DNA from: Tissierellia bacterium
GTDB taxonomy: Bacteria > Bacillota > Clostridia > Tissierellales > Peptoniphilaceae
Assembly (NCBI GenBank): GCA_030537855.1
Contig: JAUNVD010000002.1
Coordinates: 19,745-83,744, forward strand
DNA length: 64,000 bases
Direction of reading: 5' to 3'
Shown piece after piece: positions 36,019 through 45,393 of this stretch. Below the pieces are notes generated by a model. The model was not told where the DNA came from. It searched no databases and worked only from the letters and a program-made list of their open reading frames with translations. The first letter of the stretch is position 1. Each line of letters starts with the position of its first letter. Made by a program: the position numbers and the translations under genes.

Positions 36019-36810
36019 TTATGGAAAAAACTCTAATGATTCTAAGGTATCTTCCAACTCTTTTTTCGCCTCTAGCAAAGATTTTTTTAAAGTATCATAG
36101 CCCTTAACCTTAAGTCGAGTTGTGGGGCCAGATAGACTAATCGCAGCAATAGGCTTTGTGGAATTCTTTTGAAAGATCCCTGTACCAAAACAAGTTAGTC
36201 CATATTCATATTCTTCATTGTCTTGGGAAAGACCTGTTTCTAAGATGACTTTCATCATTTTCTGAAAATCTTCGTAGGTGGTTTTTGTATTAACCGTACG
36301 TATTTCCAGTTCTTTTGAGAAAAAATCTTGTCTTTCCTTCTCTTCCATATAGGTTAAAAAAATCTTTCCCATCGAGGAACAATGTAAGGGACTAAGAGGA
36401 ACTAAGTTATTGATTAAATAAAATTTCTCCCCAATCACAGTATCAACATTTACAGCATACTCCTTATAATGTAAACCTAGATTAAAAGATTCTCCTGTTT
36501 TTAATGCATATTTTTCTAAAATGGGATGGGACATACTTGCAATATCTAAATTAGACTTAACCTTTTGACCATAAGTTAAAAATGAAATTCCCAGTTTATA
36601 ATTATCATCTTTATTTTGAGAAATAAATCCGTGGATTTTTAAAGTGTAAAGAATTTTAAAAGCTGTTGCCTTAGGAATTCCCAGTTCTTTGGAAAGCTCT
36701 CCGATTCCACACGGACGACTTTGTTCATAGATGTATTGTATAATACGGGTGGCTCGATCCACCATAGGTACAATATAGTCATCCCTTAATTCTTGTTCCA
36801 ATATTATCAC
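36019..36810 (-). CDS. IclR-family transcriptional regulator
   Basis: N-terminal winged HTH (ELSKELGIPKATAFKILYTL) plus an IclR effector domain. The start is uncertain: GTG 36810, TTG 36801 or ATG 36765. Confidence 0.85.
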   Translation of the reverse strand: MIILEQELRDDYIVPMVDRATRIIQYIYEQSRPCGIGELSKELGIPKATAFKILYTLKIHGFISQNKDDNYKLGISFLTYGQKVKSNLDIASMSHPILEKYALKTGESFNLGLHYKEYAVNVDTVIGEKFYLINNLVPLSPLHCSSMGKIFLTYMEEKERQDFFSKELEIRTVNTKTTYEDFQKMMKVILETGLSQDNEEYEYGLTCFGTGIFQKNSTKPIAAISLSGPTTRLKVKGYDTLKKSLLEAKKELEDTLESLEFFP

Positions 36811-37650
36811 CCCTTTTAAAAAATATTAATACCATTATAACACAGTAAAGTGTAACTATAGTAAAAATTTTATAGGTTTTTAAAAGAAGATATATAAAAA
36901 TCCAGGGGCAATTATTATGATTAGACGTATAAACAAGTGAATATATGTAATTGTTAGGAAAAAATATTTTTGTAAAAAGAACATTAAAAGGGATTTTCTT
37001 ATGAAAATGTAAAGCTACGTAGGAGATCTTTCCCTATCTTATAGAGGAAAATAAAAACTTAAATGTATAAAGATTTTAGGAATCATCCTTAGATAGAAGG
37101 GTTATAAAAATTAGAATTTCATTATTAGTTTTGCAGTCCTATTTAATATTTACACATTTTAAGGAAAAAGAAGCTTTCTAAAAACTTTCTTAAAAATGAA
37201 CAGTATCTTTTATGATTCTAAGAAAAATATTGTCATAAATAAACTTAGTTATCCTACATAAAATCGGCAAACTTTATTTTAAGTGTAAAGGTTATAAGAA
37301 TCTAAAGAAGGGATTTGTCTCTTAATTTTTTAGGGTTAGGATATTATAGAATCATAGTTTGTTGAAATCATTGATGAAATATAATATTATGAAAAATTTG
37401 ATTCCTGAGGAAAAATACGGAAAAGTCTTCGTATACATTTTTAAAGGAGTTTTTGATAATTTTTAGAATCAAATCATAGTATTTATTTAGAAAACTCTTA
37501 TAACATATAAGTTTTCCTCTTTTCCGAAAGGTGTATAAATTTGTAAAAATACGTATATTGACTTTAGGGTAGGTCTAGAGTAAAAAAATTTTTTAAAGTA
37601 TCATAGAAATTTTGATTTTTAAATATTAATGTTAAATATTAAAAAAACCA

Positions 37651-37679
37651 TTGTAAAGTTGGTTTTAATGATTTATACT
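37651..37679 (+). promoter_or_regulatory. sigma-A-type promoter of the 2-HADH/arginase operon
   Basis: TTGTAA - 17 nt - TATACT. Confidence 0.5.
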
Positions 37680-37692
37680 TATATCAACAGTA

Positions 37693-37715
37693 TTTTAGAA
37701 ACACTGTTTCTAAAA
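37693..37715. promoter_or_regulatory. perfect palindrome, candidate IclR operator
   Basis: TTTTAGAAAC-act-GTTTCTAAAA, starting 14 nt downstream of the -10. Confidence 0.5.
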
Positions 37716-37804
37716 TGAAAATGACCCAAGTTTTTAAGTAGGGGAAAGAATCCTTGGGAGAACATTTTCATGTTAAAAATGTCATCATGAGGAAGGAGGA
37801 AAAG

Positions 37805-38758
37805 ATGTTTAAAGTATACCAAATTACTAAAGATGTTGACCCGGAAATGGTGAAAAAGTACTTGTCATCGGAGATTTCTTTTGAATATCGGCCTTGTACT
37901 ACTGAGGAAGATATTATTAAGTATTGTCAAGATGGAGATGGAATCATATCTGTTTATGAACCTATGACGGAAAAAGTGATGAAATCTTTAAAGAATCTTA
38001 AGTATATTTGTTTAGGTTCTATCGGATATAATGCTGTAGATGTAAAAGCGGCTAAAGAGCTAGGGATCGATGTGTCTACAAATCCGACCTACTGTGTCAA
38101 CGAAGTTGCTGATCATGCTTTAGCATTATCCTTAAATTTACTACGAGGAATTGATAAGTTTCAAAAAGAAGTGAAAGTTAAGAAAAACTGGGACTACACG
38201 GCTTTTGGGAATTCTTTCCATAGGATTTCCACCTTGACCATTGGACTTCTTGGGTTTGGGAATATAGCAAAAGGGGTTGCCAAAAGGTTTCAAGCTTTTG
38301 GTGCCAAAGTTTTGGCCTACGACCCTTATATTTCTGAAGAAATCTTTCGAGAATTAATGGTTGAAAAGGTAGAATTGTCTAAAATTCAAGAGGAAAGTGA
38401 TTTAATTTCTATTCATTTACCTTTAACAAAAGAGACCAAAAATTTTGTAGACCAAGATTTTTTAGAGGACTGTGTTAAGTCTCCCTATCTTATTAATGTA
38501 AGTCGAGGAGAAATTGTAGACCAAGAAATCATTAAAGATGCTTTAGAGAAAGGGTTGATACGTGGAATTGGTTTAGATGTTTTAGATGATGAAAACCCTG
38601 ATTTAGAATCTCTTGATTTTCTTGAAGAAGAAAATGTGTTACTTACTCCCCATGTAGCCTTTTACTCTCAAGAATCTATTGTTGAGGCTGATTCAAATTG
38701 TGGAAAATATGTAAGTTTATATGAAAAAGACAAAAAAGAAGAAATACCATTACTTTAA
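37805..38758 (+). CDS. D-isomer-specific 2-hydroxyacid dehydrogenase (NAD-binding)
   Basis: GxGxxG-type motif GLLGFGNIAKG, a catalytic-type RGE...D...H arrangement, and family-typical length. Start at ATG 37805 behind GGAAGGAGG. Confidence 0.8.
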   Translation: MFKVYQITKDVDPEMVKKYLSSEISFEYRPCTTEEDIIKYCQDGDGIISVYEPMTEKVMKSLKNLKYICLGSIGYNAVDVKAAKELGIDVSTNPTYCVNEVADHALALSLNLLRGIDKFQKEVKVKKNWDYTAFGNSFHRISTLTIGLLGFGNIAKGVAKRFQAFGAKVLAYDPYISEEIFRELMVEKVELSKIQEESDLISIHLPLTKETKNFVDQDFLEDCVKSPYLINVSRGEIVDQEIIKDALEKGLIRGIGLDVLDDENPDLESLDFLEEENVLLTPHVAFYSQESIVEADSNCGKYVSLYEKDKKEEIPLL

Positions 38759-38769
38759 AGGAGAAAATC

Positions 38770-40137
38770 ATGACAGAAAAAAGAGAAACAGTACATTTAC
38801 AAACAAATTCTAAAAGTGTACTTAAATTTATTATCTTATCATTAATTGGGGTATTTTTATTTCTTATCCCTATAGCAAGTGGCGATACTTTTACAATACC
38901 TATTGGTATTATTATTGATTGGGTGAAAAGTCATATTCACGAGTTTACATTATGGCCACTTACCTTTTTAGTTACTTTAAATGCATGTTTAACAGTAATT
39001 ACAAAAATTGCAAAACCAGAATTTATTATGAAGAATCATTGGCTCCGAGATTTATTTGATACAACTCCTCTTTATATTATAAGTAGGATTGTAGGAGCAG
39101 TATTTATTATAATGTTTACCTTTCAAACAGGACCAACAATGATTATTGAAGCCAATACTGGTGGAACTATGATAGATCTAGCCCAATCATTGATTTCCAT
39201 ATTAATTGTTATTTCATTTACGATGCCATTATTAACAGAATTTGGGATAATGGAATTTGTGGGAATTTTAATTTCAGATTATGTACGACCATTATTTAAA
39301 GTTCCTGGACGTTCAGCGATTGATTTAATCACATCATGGTTAGGGGCTTCTAATGCAGCTGTACTTTTAACAAAACAACAATTTGACAAAGGCTTTTATT
39401 CTGGAAGAGAAGCTGCTACCATTATGACAAACTTCTCTTTAGTTTCCATTCCCTTTTGTTATATTATTGCTCAAATGGTTGGGGTAGAATCTAAATTTAC
39501 AGCTTACTATTTAATTATTACAGGGACTGGGGTAATTATTGCATTGATTATGCCTCGTATTTATCCGATTAAAAATGTGCCTGAAATTTATAGTGAACGA
39601 GCAGGAAAACAAGTAGATGAAGCGGTACCTCAAGGTGTTGGTAAATTCCAATATGCAATTCATCAAGCTTCCTTACGAGCAGAAAAATCTACTTTTGAAG
39701 GTGCAATGCGACAAGGTGCAGATATGTTTTTGTCAGTAATTTTTGGACTTTCACCTATTATTATTGCCTGGGGTACTATTTCGTTAATCGTCGTTGAATA
39801 TACTTCTGTTTTCCAAACAATTGCCTATCCTATGGGATTATATATGAAAGTTCTTGGAATACCAGAGGCAATTGACGCAGCTCCAGCAACTTTAGTTGGT
39901 TTTGCAGATATGTTTATACCTGGCTTAATGTTAACTTCCATTAAGAGTATGGACACTAGATTTATTGTTTCAGCAGCTTCTTTGTTACAGCTTATTTACA
40001 TGACAGAAGTAGGAGCGATTATCGTTCAATCAGATGTTCCACTAAAGTTTAAAGATTTAGTTATAATATTCTTAGAAAGAACGTTGTTAGCACTGCCCAT
40101 TATAACGTTATTAACTCGCTTATTTGTACATTTTTAA
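38770..40137 (+). CDS. polytopic membrane protein of the YjiH / nucleoside-recognition (Gate) domain type, putative transporter
   Basis: About 10-12 TM segments. The GRSAIDLITSWLGASNAAVLLT segment resembles the YjiH/Gate-domain family. Confidence 0.5.
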   Translation: MTEKRETVHLQTNSKSVLKFIILSLIGVFLFLIPIASGDTFTIPIGIIIDWVKSHIHEFTLWPLTFLVTLNACLTVITKIAKPEFIMKNHWLRDLFDTTPLYIISRIVGAVFIIMFTFQTGPTMIIEANTGGTMIDLAQSLISILIVISFTMPLLTEFGIMEFVGILISDYVRPLFKVPGRSAIDLITSWLGASNAAVLLTKQQFDKGFYSGREAATIMTNFSLVSIPFCYIIAQMVGVESKFTAYYLIITGTGVIIALIMPRIYPIKNVPEIYSERAGKQVDEAVPQGVGKFQYAIHQASLRAEKSTFEGAMRQGADMFLSVIFGLSPIIIAWGTISLIVVEYTSVFQTIAYPMGLYMKVLGIPEAIDAAPATLVGFADMFIPGLMLTSIKSMDTRFIVSAASLLQLIYMTEVGAIIVQSDVPLKFKDLVIIFLERTLLALPIITLLTRLFVHF

Positions 40138-40154
40138 ATTAAAAAGGAGAAAAT

Positions 40155-41318
40155 ATGAGTAATTGTAAAAAATATTTATCTGATCGTTATCAAAGTATTC
40201 AAGAATCAGCCTTTTCTGGGGCTAGAGATGAAGACACTTGGGAAGATGCTATTAATTTTTGTATTGGAGACCCTGATATTCGTACTCATGAAACGATTAT
40301 CCAAGGAGCCTATGAAGACTCAATGGCTGGGATGACGAACTATACAGACCCCCAAGGAATGCTTGAAGTTCGACAAGAAGTTTGTAATTTTTATAAAGAA
40401 GAGTATGATGTAGAAATAGATCCTTCTGAGGTTCTTATGACAACTTCTGCTTGTGAGGCTTTTTGTTTAGTTTTGGAAGCAGTGTTAAATGATGGAGATG
40501 AAGTTTTAATTCCATCCCCATTTTTCGGGGTATATGAAGATCAAGTTGTTCTTTCAAGAGGAGTGCCAGTATATATCCCTACTACTTTTGAAGAAAACTT
40601 TGAACTTTCTCCAGAGAAACTAGAGGAGTATATTACAGATAAGACAAAAGTCTTGGTTTTAAATACCCCAAATAATCCAACTGGAGCTTGCTTATCTATT
40701 GACAAGATGAAAACTTTATTCGACATTGCAGAAAAACATGATTTGTTGATTTTAGCAGATGACATTTATACGATTTATTCCTTTGGGGAAGAGTTTGTTC
40801 CTATTATGACATTAGAAAAGGCAAGGGAACGAGTGATTACTGTAAATTCTTTTTCTAAAGACTTTGTGATGACTGGATGGAGAATTGGTAATGTTATTGC
40901 AAACAAGGAATTTATTGATGTTATGTGTCACATTAATAATTCTATTATATTTTCTGCTCCAACAGTATCTCAAAGAGCAGCTCTACATGCTCTAAGAAAT
41001 CGTCATGATATTCAACCAGCTTTAGTTAAAGAATTTAAAGACCGTATGTTTTACGCTTATGAACGTTTAAAGAAATTAAAAGGTGTGGAATTAGAAGAAC
41101 CTAGAGGAACGTTCTATTTATTCCCAAATGTTGAAGGAACAGGACTTCCTTCAGAAGAAGTGGTAAGAAAAATGGCGGAAGAAGCTCATGTTCTTGTACT
41201 AGATGGGAAGAACTTTGGTCCTGGAGGAGATGGACATTTAAGACTTGCTGTTACTTTAGGAATTGACAAAATGAAGGAAGCTTTTGATCGATTAGAAAAG
41301 ATGGATATTTTCAAATAA
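40155..41318 (+). CDS. class I/II PLP-dependent aminotransferase
   Basis: NSFSKDFVMTGWRIG (PLP-lysine motif), NPNNPTG, 387 aa. Confidence 0.85.
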   Translation: MSNCKKYLSDRYQSIQESAFSGARDEDTWEDAINFCIGDPDIRTHETIIQGAYEDSMAGMTNYTDPQGMLEVRQEVCNFYKEEYDVEIDPSEVLMTTSACEAFCLVLEAVLNDGDEVLIPSPFFGVYEDQVVLSRGVPVYIPTTFEENFELSPEKLEEYITDKTKVLVLNTPNNPTGACLSIDKMKTLFDIAEKHDLLILADDIYTIYSFGEEFVPIMTLEKARERVITVNSFSKDFVMTGWRIGNVIANKEFIDVMCHINNSIIFSAPTVSQRAALHALRNRHDIQPALVKEFKDRMFYAYERLKKLKGVELEEPRGTFYLFPNVEGTGLPSEEVVRKMAEEAHVLVLDGKNFGPGGDGHLRLAVTLGIDKMKEAFDRLEKMDIFK

Positions 41319-41409
41319 ATACAATATCTTGTCTAAAAATAGAAATATAGGGTAAACGATATATAGAGTGAAATAAAGTATCAATAAAATTAGGAAAAGG
41401 GGGAAAGAT

Positions 41410-42321
41410 ATGAATCCAGAAATTAATGACAAACTTTCGATTATTGGCTGTCCATTAGACATGGGGGCAAGTTTAAGAGGGGCTAGATTGGGACCAGAAG
41501 CTATACGTTTAGCTGGGATTGTGAAACGACTTGAAGATATTGGCTATGAAGTAAGAGATACAGGAGATATTCCAGTTCCAAATCATCTTGGATTAGAACG
41601 TAGTGACAATAATTTAAATTATTTGGAAATTGTTAAAGCTGCTGTTGAAGAATTAGAAAAAAGAGTGGACCATGAAATGTCAGAGGGAAGATTCCCAGTG
41701 GTTCTTGGTGGAGACCATGCTATAGCCATGGGTACTATTCGTGGAGTTTTAAATCATGTAGAAAATTTAGGGGTACTATGGTTTGATGCTCATGGAGATA
41801 TTAATACAGATGAAACAACTCCTTCAGGAAATATACATGGAATGCCTGTTGCTTCATTACTAGGACTAGGTTCTTATGAATTAAGGGCTATGGGTCATGA
41901 AAATCTAAAAGTCAAAAAGGAAAATATTGTCTATATTGGACAAAGAGACTTAGATGCTGGGGAAAGATCTATGATTAAAGATCTTGGTATTAAAGTATAC
42001 ACCATGCATGAAGTGGACTATATGGGAATTAAAAAGGTAATGGAAGAAGCAATTGAGTACTTATCAGATCGAGTAGACGGTTTCCATGTAAGCTTTGATA
42101 TGGATATTCTTGATCCAGAAGTGGCACCTGGAACAGGGACAAAAGTCCCAGGTGGAATGGCTTATCGAGAAGCACATTTATGTTTGGAGCTTTTAGCTAA
42201 AACTAAAAAGGTAGTATCTTGTGAATTTGTAGAAGTAAATCCAATTTTAGATGTGGTTAATAAAACGGCAGAAGCTGCTGTTGCATTAAGTGGTTCATTA
42301 CTTGGAGAATGGTTAATTTAA
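41410..42321 (+). CDS. rocF: arginase (ureohydrolase family, RocF-like)
   Basis: Mn-binding motifs GGDHAIAMG, WFDAHGDINT and SFDMDILDP. By my recollection of the Bacillus subtilis RocF sequence it is collinear and similar along its full length. Confidence 0.85.
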   Translation: MNPEINDKLSIIGCPLDMGASLRGARLGPEAIRLAGIVKRLEDIGYEVRDTGDIPVPNHLGLERSDNNLNYLEIVKAAVEELEKRVDHEMSEGRFPVVLGGDHAIAMGTIRGVLNHVENLGVLWFDAHGDINTDETTPSGNIHGMPVASLLGLGSYELRAMGHENLKVKKENIVYIGQRDLDAGERSMIKDLGIKVYTMHEVDYMGIKKVMEEAIEYLSDRVDGFHVSFDMDILDPEVAPGTGTKVPGGMAYREAHLCLELLAKTKKVVSCEFVEVNPILDVVNKTAEAAVALSGSLLGEWLI

Positions 42322-42331
42322 AGTAAGAAAT

Positions 42332-42368
42332 AAGCTGTCACTTTTCTAAAGTGACAGCTTATTTTTAT
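42332..42368. terminator. bidirectional intrinsic terminator
   Basis: AAGCTGTCAC / GTGACAGCTT stem plus a T-run. Confidence 0.8.
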
Positions 42369-42369
42369 T

Positions 42370-43314
42370 TTATAACTGATCAAATAAATTTTTAAATATT
42401 TCATCTTCCATTGAATTATTTTCTCGAGATTTATTAAACTCTTGAAGTTCTTTAGAAGGGGTATATTTTTCTCCTTTAAGCTCCGCCTTCATAGATTCTA
42501 CCACTTGGTGGGTATAGGCTCCTAAATCATTAAGTTTGTATACCAAGGCACCTGCGGCCTTATTATTTCCACCAAGAAAAGCTTCTTTATAATTTTCCAT
42601 CATACCAGGAAGACTTTCTGCAATCCTTTTATATAATTCTTGAATATCTTTAAATCGTTCTGGTGCTTGTAAGTCCTTTGCCTTTCCAGCGGCAGCATTG
42701 ATTTTAAAGGAAAGATCTCTAAAAATTTGGATGAGTTCAGCCTTACTGTATTTGTCAAAATTTTCAAAGGCATAGGAGCGAAATTCACTTAAATAAGATG
42801 TAATTTCCATTTGTGTTTCATCAAAAGCTTTAACATATGCTAATTCAGCTGGAGTTAACCGAGATAAATCCAAACCATCCAAAAGTGATGTAGCAGAGGA
42901 TTTTTGGGTTAAGATAACTACATAGTTTTTAGGATCCCAATCTACTTTCACATCCATACTTTCAGCGATAAATCGTAAGGGAACCATGGTACGATCCTTT
43001 GCAATAAAAGGTGCAACATCTAAAGTTGTATTTTTCCCTTTCACAAGAGCTTCTTTTTTATCTACAGTAAGTAATGTTTCTGTTCCAGGTTTTGTAATTT
43101 TTACTTGTCTTGCAACTTCATCCCAAGTTACTTGGTAGCCCAGTGCTTCTGAAATAAAACGAACAGGGACAAAAACCCGATCATTTTTAATGACTGGTGG
43201 GACATCAGTTTTAACTTCGTTATCATTTAAAGTTATGGTCACTTTAGGATGGGCAAATGCCACTCCTGACACAAGTGAGAAAACGATTAAAAATAGTAAA
43301 ATTTTCTTCTTCAT
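42370..43314 (-). CDS. secreted protein with copper-amine-oxidase N-terminal-type (stalk) repeats
   Basis: Signal peptide. Two DR.FVP.RFI.E..G..V.WD motifs. The C-terminal half is helical and unassigned. Confidence 0.7.
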   Translation of the reverse strand: MKKKILLFLIVFSLVSGVAFAHPKVTITLNDNEVKTDVPPVIKNDRVFVPVRFISEALGYQVTWDEVARQVKITKPGTETLLTVDKKEALVKGKNTTLDVAPFIAKDRTMVPLRFIAESMDVKVDWDPKNYVVILTQKSSATSLLDGLDLSRLTPAELAYVKAFDETQMEITSYLSEFRSYAFENFDKYSKAELIQIFRDLSFKINAAAGKAKDLQAPERFKDIQELYKRIAESLPGMMENYKEAFLGGNNKAAGALVYKLNDLGAYTHQVVESMKAELKGEKYTPSKELQEFNKSRENNSMEDEIFKNLFDQL

Positions 43315-43323
43315 TCTTTCCTC

Positions 43324-43959
43324 CTAATTATCCTTTTTATCTTCAGTAGATTTTTTAGATTCAGAACCTTTATCTTTTGTTTTTGTACTATCTTCTTCAG
43401 GTTCATCTTTTTTATAGGTTGCTTCCACATATTCTAAAATCGTGTCGTTAGTTGGAGCAACTTCAATGAAAGACATATTCCCATTGGTTGGCGTTACATT
43501 ACCTTCTTCATCATCGTGGAAGAAAAGTAAATACTCTCGATCTGTTTTTAAGCCTTTTGGAACGGGAAATTCAATGTTAGACAAGGAACCCTTATAATTT
43601 TCCAATACTTTAAGTTCTGTATCATTGTCTCCAAGTCTTGTTAATTTTACACGGCTAATATAATCAGACTTTACCATCATATCGTATAATTGGTCCTTAG
43701 TTAATTCCTTGTTGTCGGTTGCAGAAAGATTATTATTCGTAGTTTCCTTATTCTTTTCATTACCATCTTCATTGGTATTTTCTGCATTTTTTTCGTTATC
43801 CAAAGCTTCAGTGTTTGTATTTTTACCTTCTTCATTATTTACATTAACGGTATTTACCTTATTATTAGCATTCTCAGTATTTTTTCCTTCATTGCCTCCA
43901 GTACAACCTGTTACAATCAAAGCCACACCAAGTACAATTGTCGGTAATATTTTTTTCAT
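43324..43959 (-). CDS. lipoprotein with an N/E/K-rich low-complexity linker
   Basis: Lipobox LIVTGC after the signal peptide. RBS GGAGGAAG. Confidence 0.7.
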   Translation of the reverse strand: MKKILPTIVLGVALIVTGCTGGNEGKNTENANNKVNTVNVNNEEGKNTNTEALDNEKNAENTNEDGNEKNKETTNNNLSATDNKELTKDQLYDMMVKSDYISRVKLTRLGDNDTELKVLENYKGSLSNIEFPVPKGLKTDREYLLFFHDDEEGNVTPTNGNMSFIEVAPTNDTILEYVEATYKKDEPEEDSTKTKDKGSESKKSTEDKKDN

Positions 43960-44309
43960 AATCTTCCTCCATACATCATGAAATCATCGGTTCTCAATGT
44001 ATTATATCATAGAAGAAGTTCAAATTGGTAGGGAATGAGTTAGATTCCTTAGAATTATATGTATTGAAATTATAATAGGTAGAAATCAATAAAATTTTAA
44101 TTGTGAAAAAAGATAAACAGAAAGCTTAAGATCGTAAATCTTATGTATGAATCGTTAAGAGTTTTTAATTTTCAATCTAAGAAAATAATAAGTAAATATA
44201 TAGGGTCTGTACCAATTTTCATAGTTACGAAAATGAAAGTTTCTAAGTTCTCAAAGGTTTGATTTATAAATTTCCATTTTTGATTTTGATACACTTTCTT
44301 AAAAAGAAC

Positions 44310-44338
44310 TTGCAAAAGTTGTAGATATAGTGTATGAT
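44310..44338 (+). promoter_or_regulatory. sigma-A-type promoter of the FMN riboswitch-ribU unit
   Basis: TTGCAA - 17 nt - TATGAT. Confidence 0.55.
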
Positions 44339-44361
44339 TAAATCATAGAAAAATAATTCAC

Positions 44362-44507
44362 ATATCTTCAGGGCGAGGTGAAATTCCTCACCGGTGGTTA
44401 TAGTCCACGAGTCGAAAGATTGAATCGGTGAAATTCCGATACCGACGGTACAGTCCGGATGAAAGAAGGTTGCGTATGCAAGTTGCCCCGAAGATGGGCA
44501 TTTTTTT
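44362..44507 (+). promoter_or_regulatory. FMN riboswitch (RFN element) with terminator-type expression platform
   Basis: TCTTCAGGGCGAGGTGAAATTCCTCACCGGTGGTTATAGTCCACGAG ... GGTGAAATTCCGATACCGACGGTACAGTCCGGATGAAAGAAGG matches the RFN core. It is followed by a short hairpin and T7. Confidence 0.9.
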
Positions 44508-44535
44508 ATGCCAGTATATTCTTTGGGAGGTATGT

Positions 44536-45150
44536 ATGAACCAAGTTAATCAAGTAAGAAAAAATCGTATTGAAACTGCCACAATGGTTAAAGTTTCTGT
44601 ATTGTCCGTCATTGCCTATATGTTAATGTATATTGATTTTCCATTAGGTTTTATTGCACCACCTTTTATTAAAATGGATATTTCCGATATGCCTGCACTT
44701 ATAGGTGGATTTGCTATGGGTCCTGTTGTTGGAGTAGGAATTGAACTATTTAAAAACATATTACACATTTTATTAAAAGGTACATCTACAGGAGGAGTAG
44801 GGGAACTTTCTAATTTTTTAATCGGGTCTATCTTTGTTTTTACAGCAGCAACCATTTATAAAAAACATAGAACGTATAAAGGAGCTTTTTTCGGTCTCTT
44901 AGCAGGAATCATCGCTATGACAGTTTTAGCTACGGTAAGTAATTATTTTGTGGTATTCCCACTATATGCTAAACTTATGGTACCAATGGAAACAATTATA
45001 GAAATGGGTTCAGCAGTAAGTCCTAGAATTACAGATTTATGGACAATGATGATTTATTCTATTGCACCATTTAATATTTTAAAAGGACTCTTAGTTTCTG
45101 CAGTTACTATGTTACTCTATAAGAGAGTCTCTCATATTTTGCATAAATAA
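44536..45150 (+). CDS. ribU: riboflavin ECF-transporter S component RibU
   Basis: Six-TM ECF S-component downstream of the FMN riboswitch. Start at ATG 44536 behind GGGAGG. The ORF-track start at 44428 lies inside the riboswitch. Confidence 0.85.
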   Translation: MNQVNQVRKNRIETATMVKVSVLSVIAYMLMYIDFPLGFIAPPFIKMDISDMPALIGGFAMGPVVGVGIELFKNILHILLKGTSTGGVGELSNFLIGSIFVFTAATIYKKHRTYKGAFFGLLAGIIAMTVLATVSNYFVVFPLYAKLMVPMETIIEMGSAVSPRITDLWTMMIYSIAPFNILKGLLVSAVTMLLYKRVSHILHK

Positions 45151-45173
45151 TAAAAATAAAGCAAATCACTTTA

Positions 45174-45201
45174 ACCGGCAGGAAACTGTCGGTTTTTGTT
45201 T
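45174..45201 (+). terminator. intrinsic terminator
   Basis: ACCGGCAG / CTGTCGGT stem plus a T-run. Confidence 0.75.
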
Positions 45202-45225
45202 TTTACAAAAAAATATGAAATAATT

Positions 45226-45254
45226 TTGAAATTATAATTCTAATGTTCTATAAT
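45226..45254 (+). promoter_or_regulatory. sigma-A-type promoter of cstA
   Basis: TTGAAA - 17 nt - TATAAT. Confidence 0.6.
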
Positions 45255-45393
45255 AGGAGTAACGGAGATTTATTTTATTACTATATATCATTAAGAATGA
45301 TTTTCATTGTCGGGGGCTTAATCGTATATGGGAATAAACTATTTTTTCGTTATTTTGTGTGTAAAAATTTATAGAATGTTGTGAGGAGGAGTT

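Noticed and set aside
44428-44535. N-terminal extension of the ribU ORF (ORF-track start at 44428).
   Set aside because: The extension is the FMN riboswitch and its terminator translated by chance. The real start is ATG 44536 behind GGGAGG.
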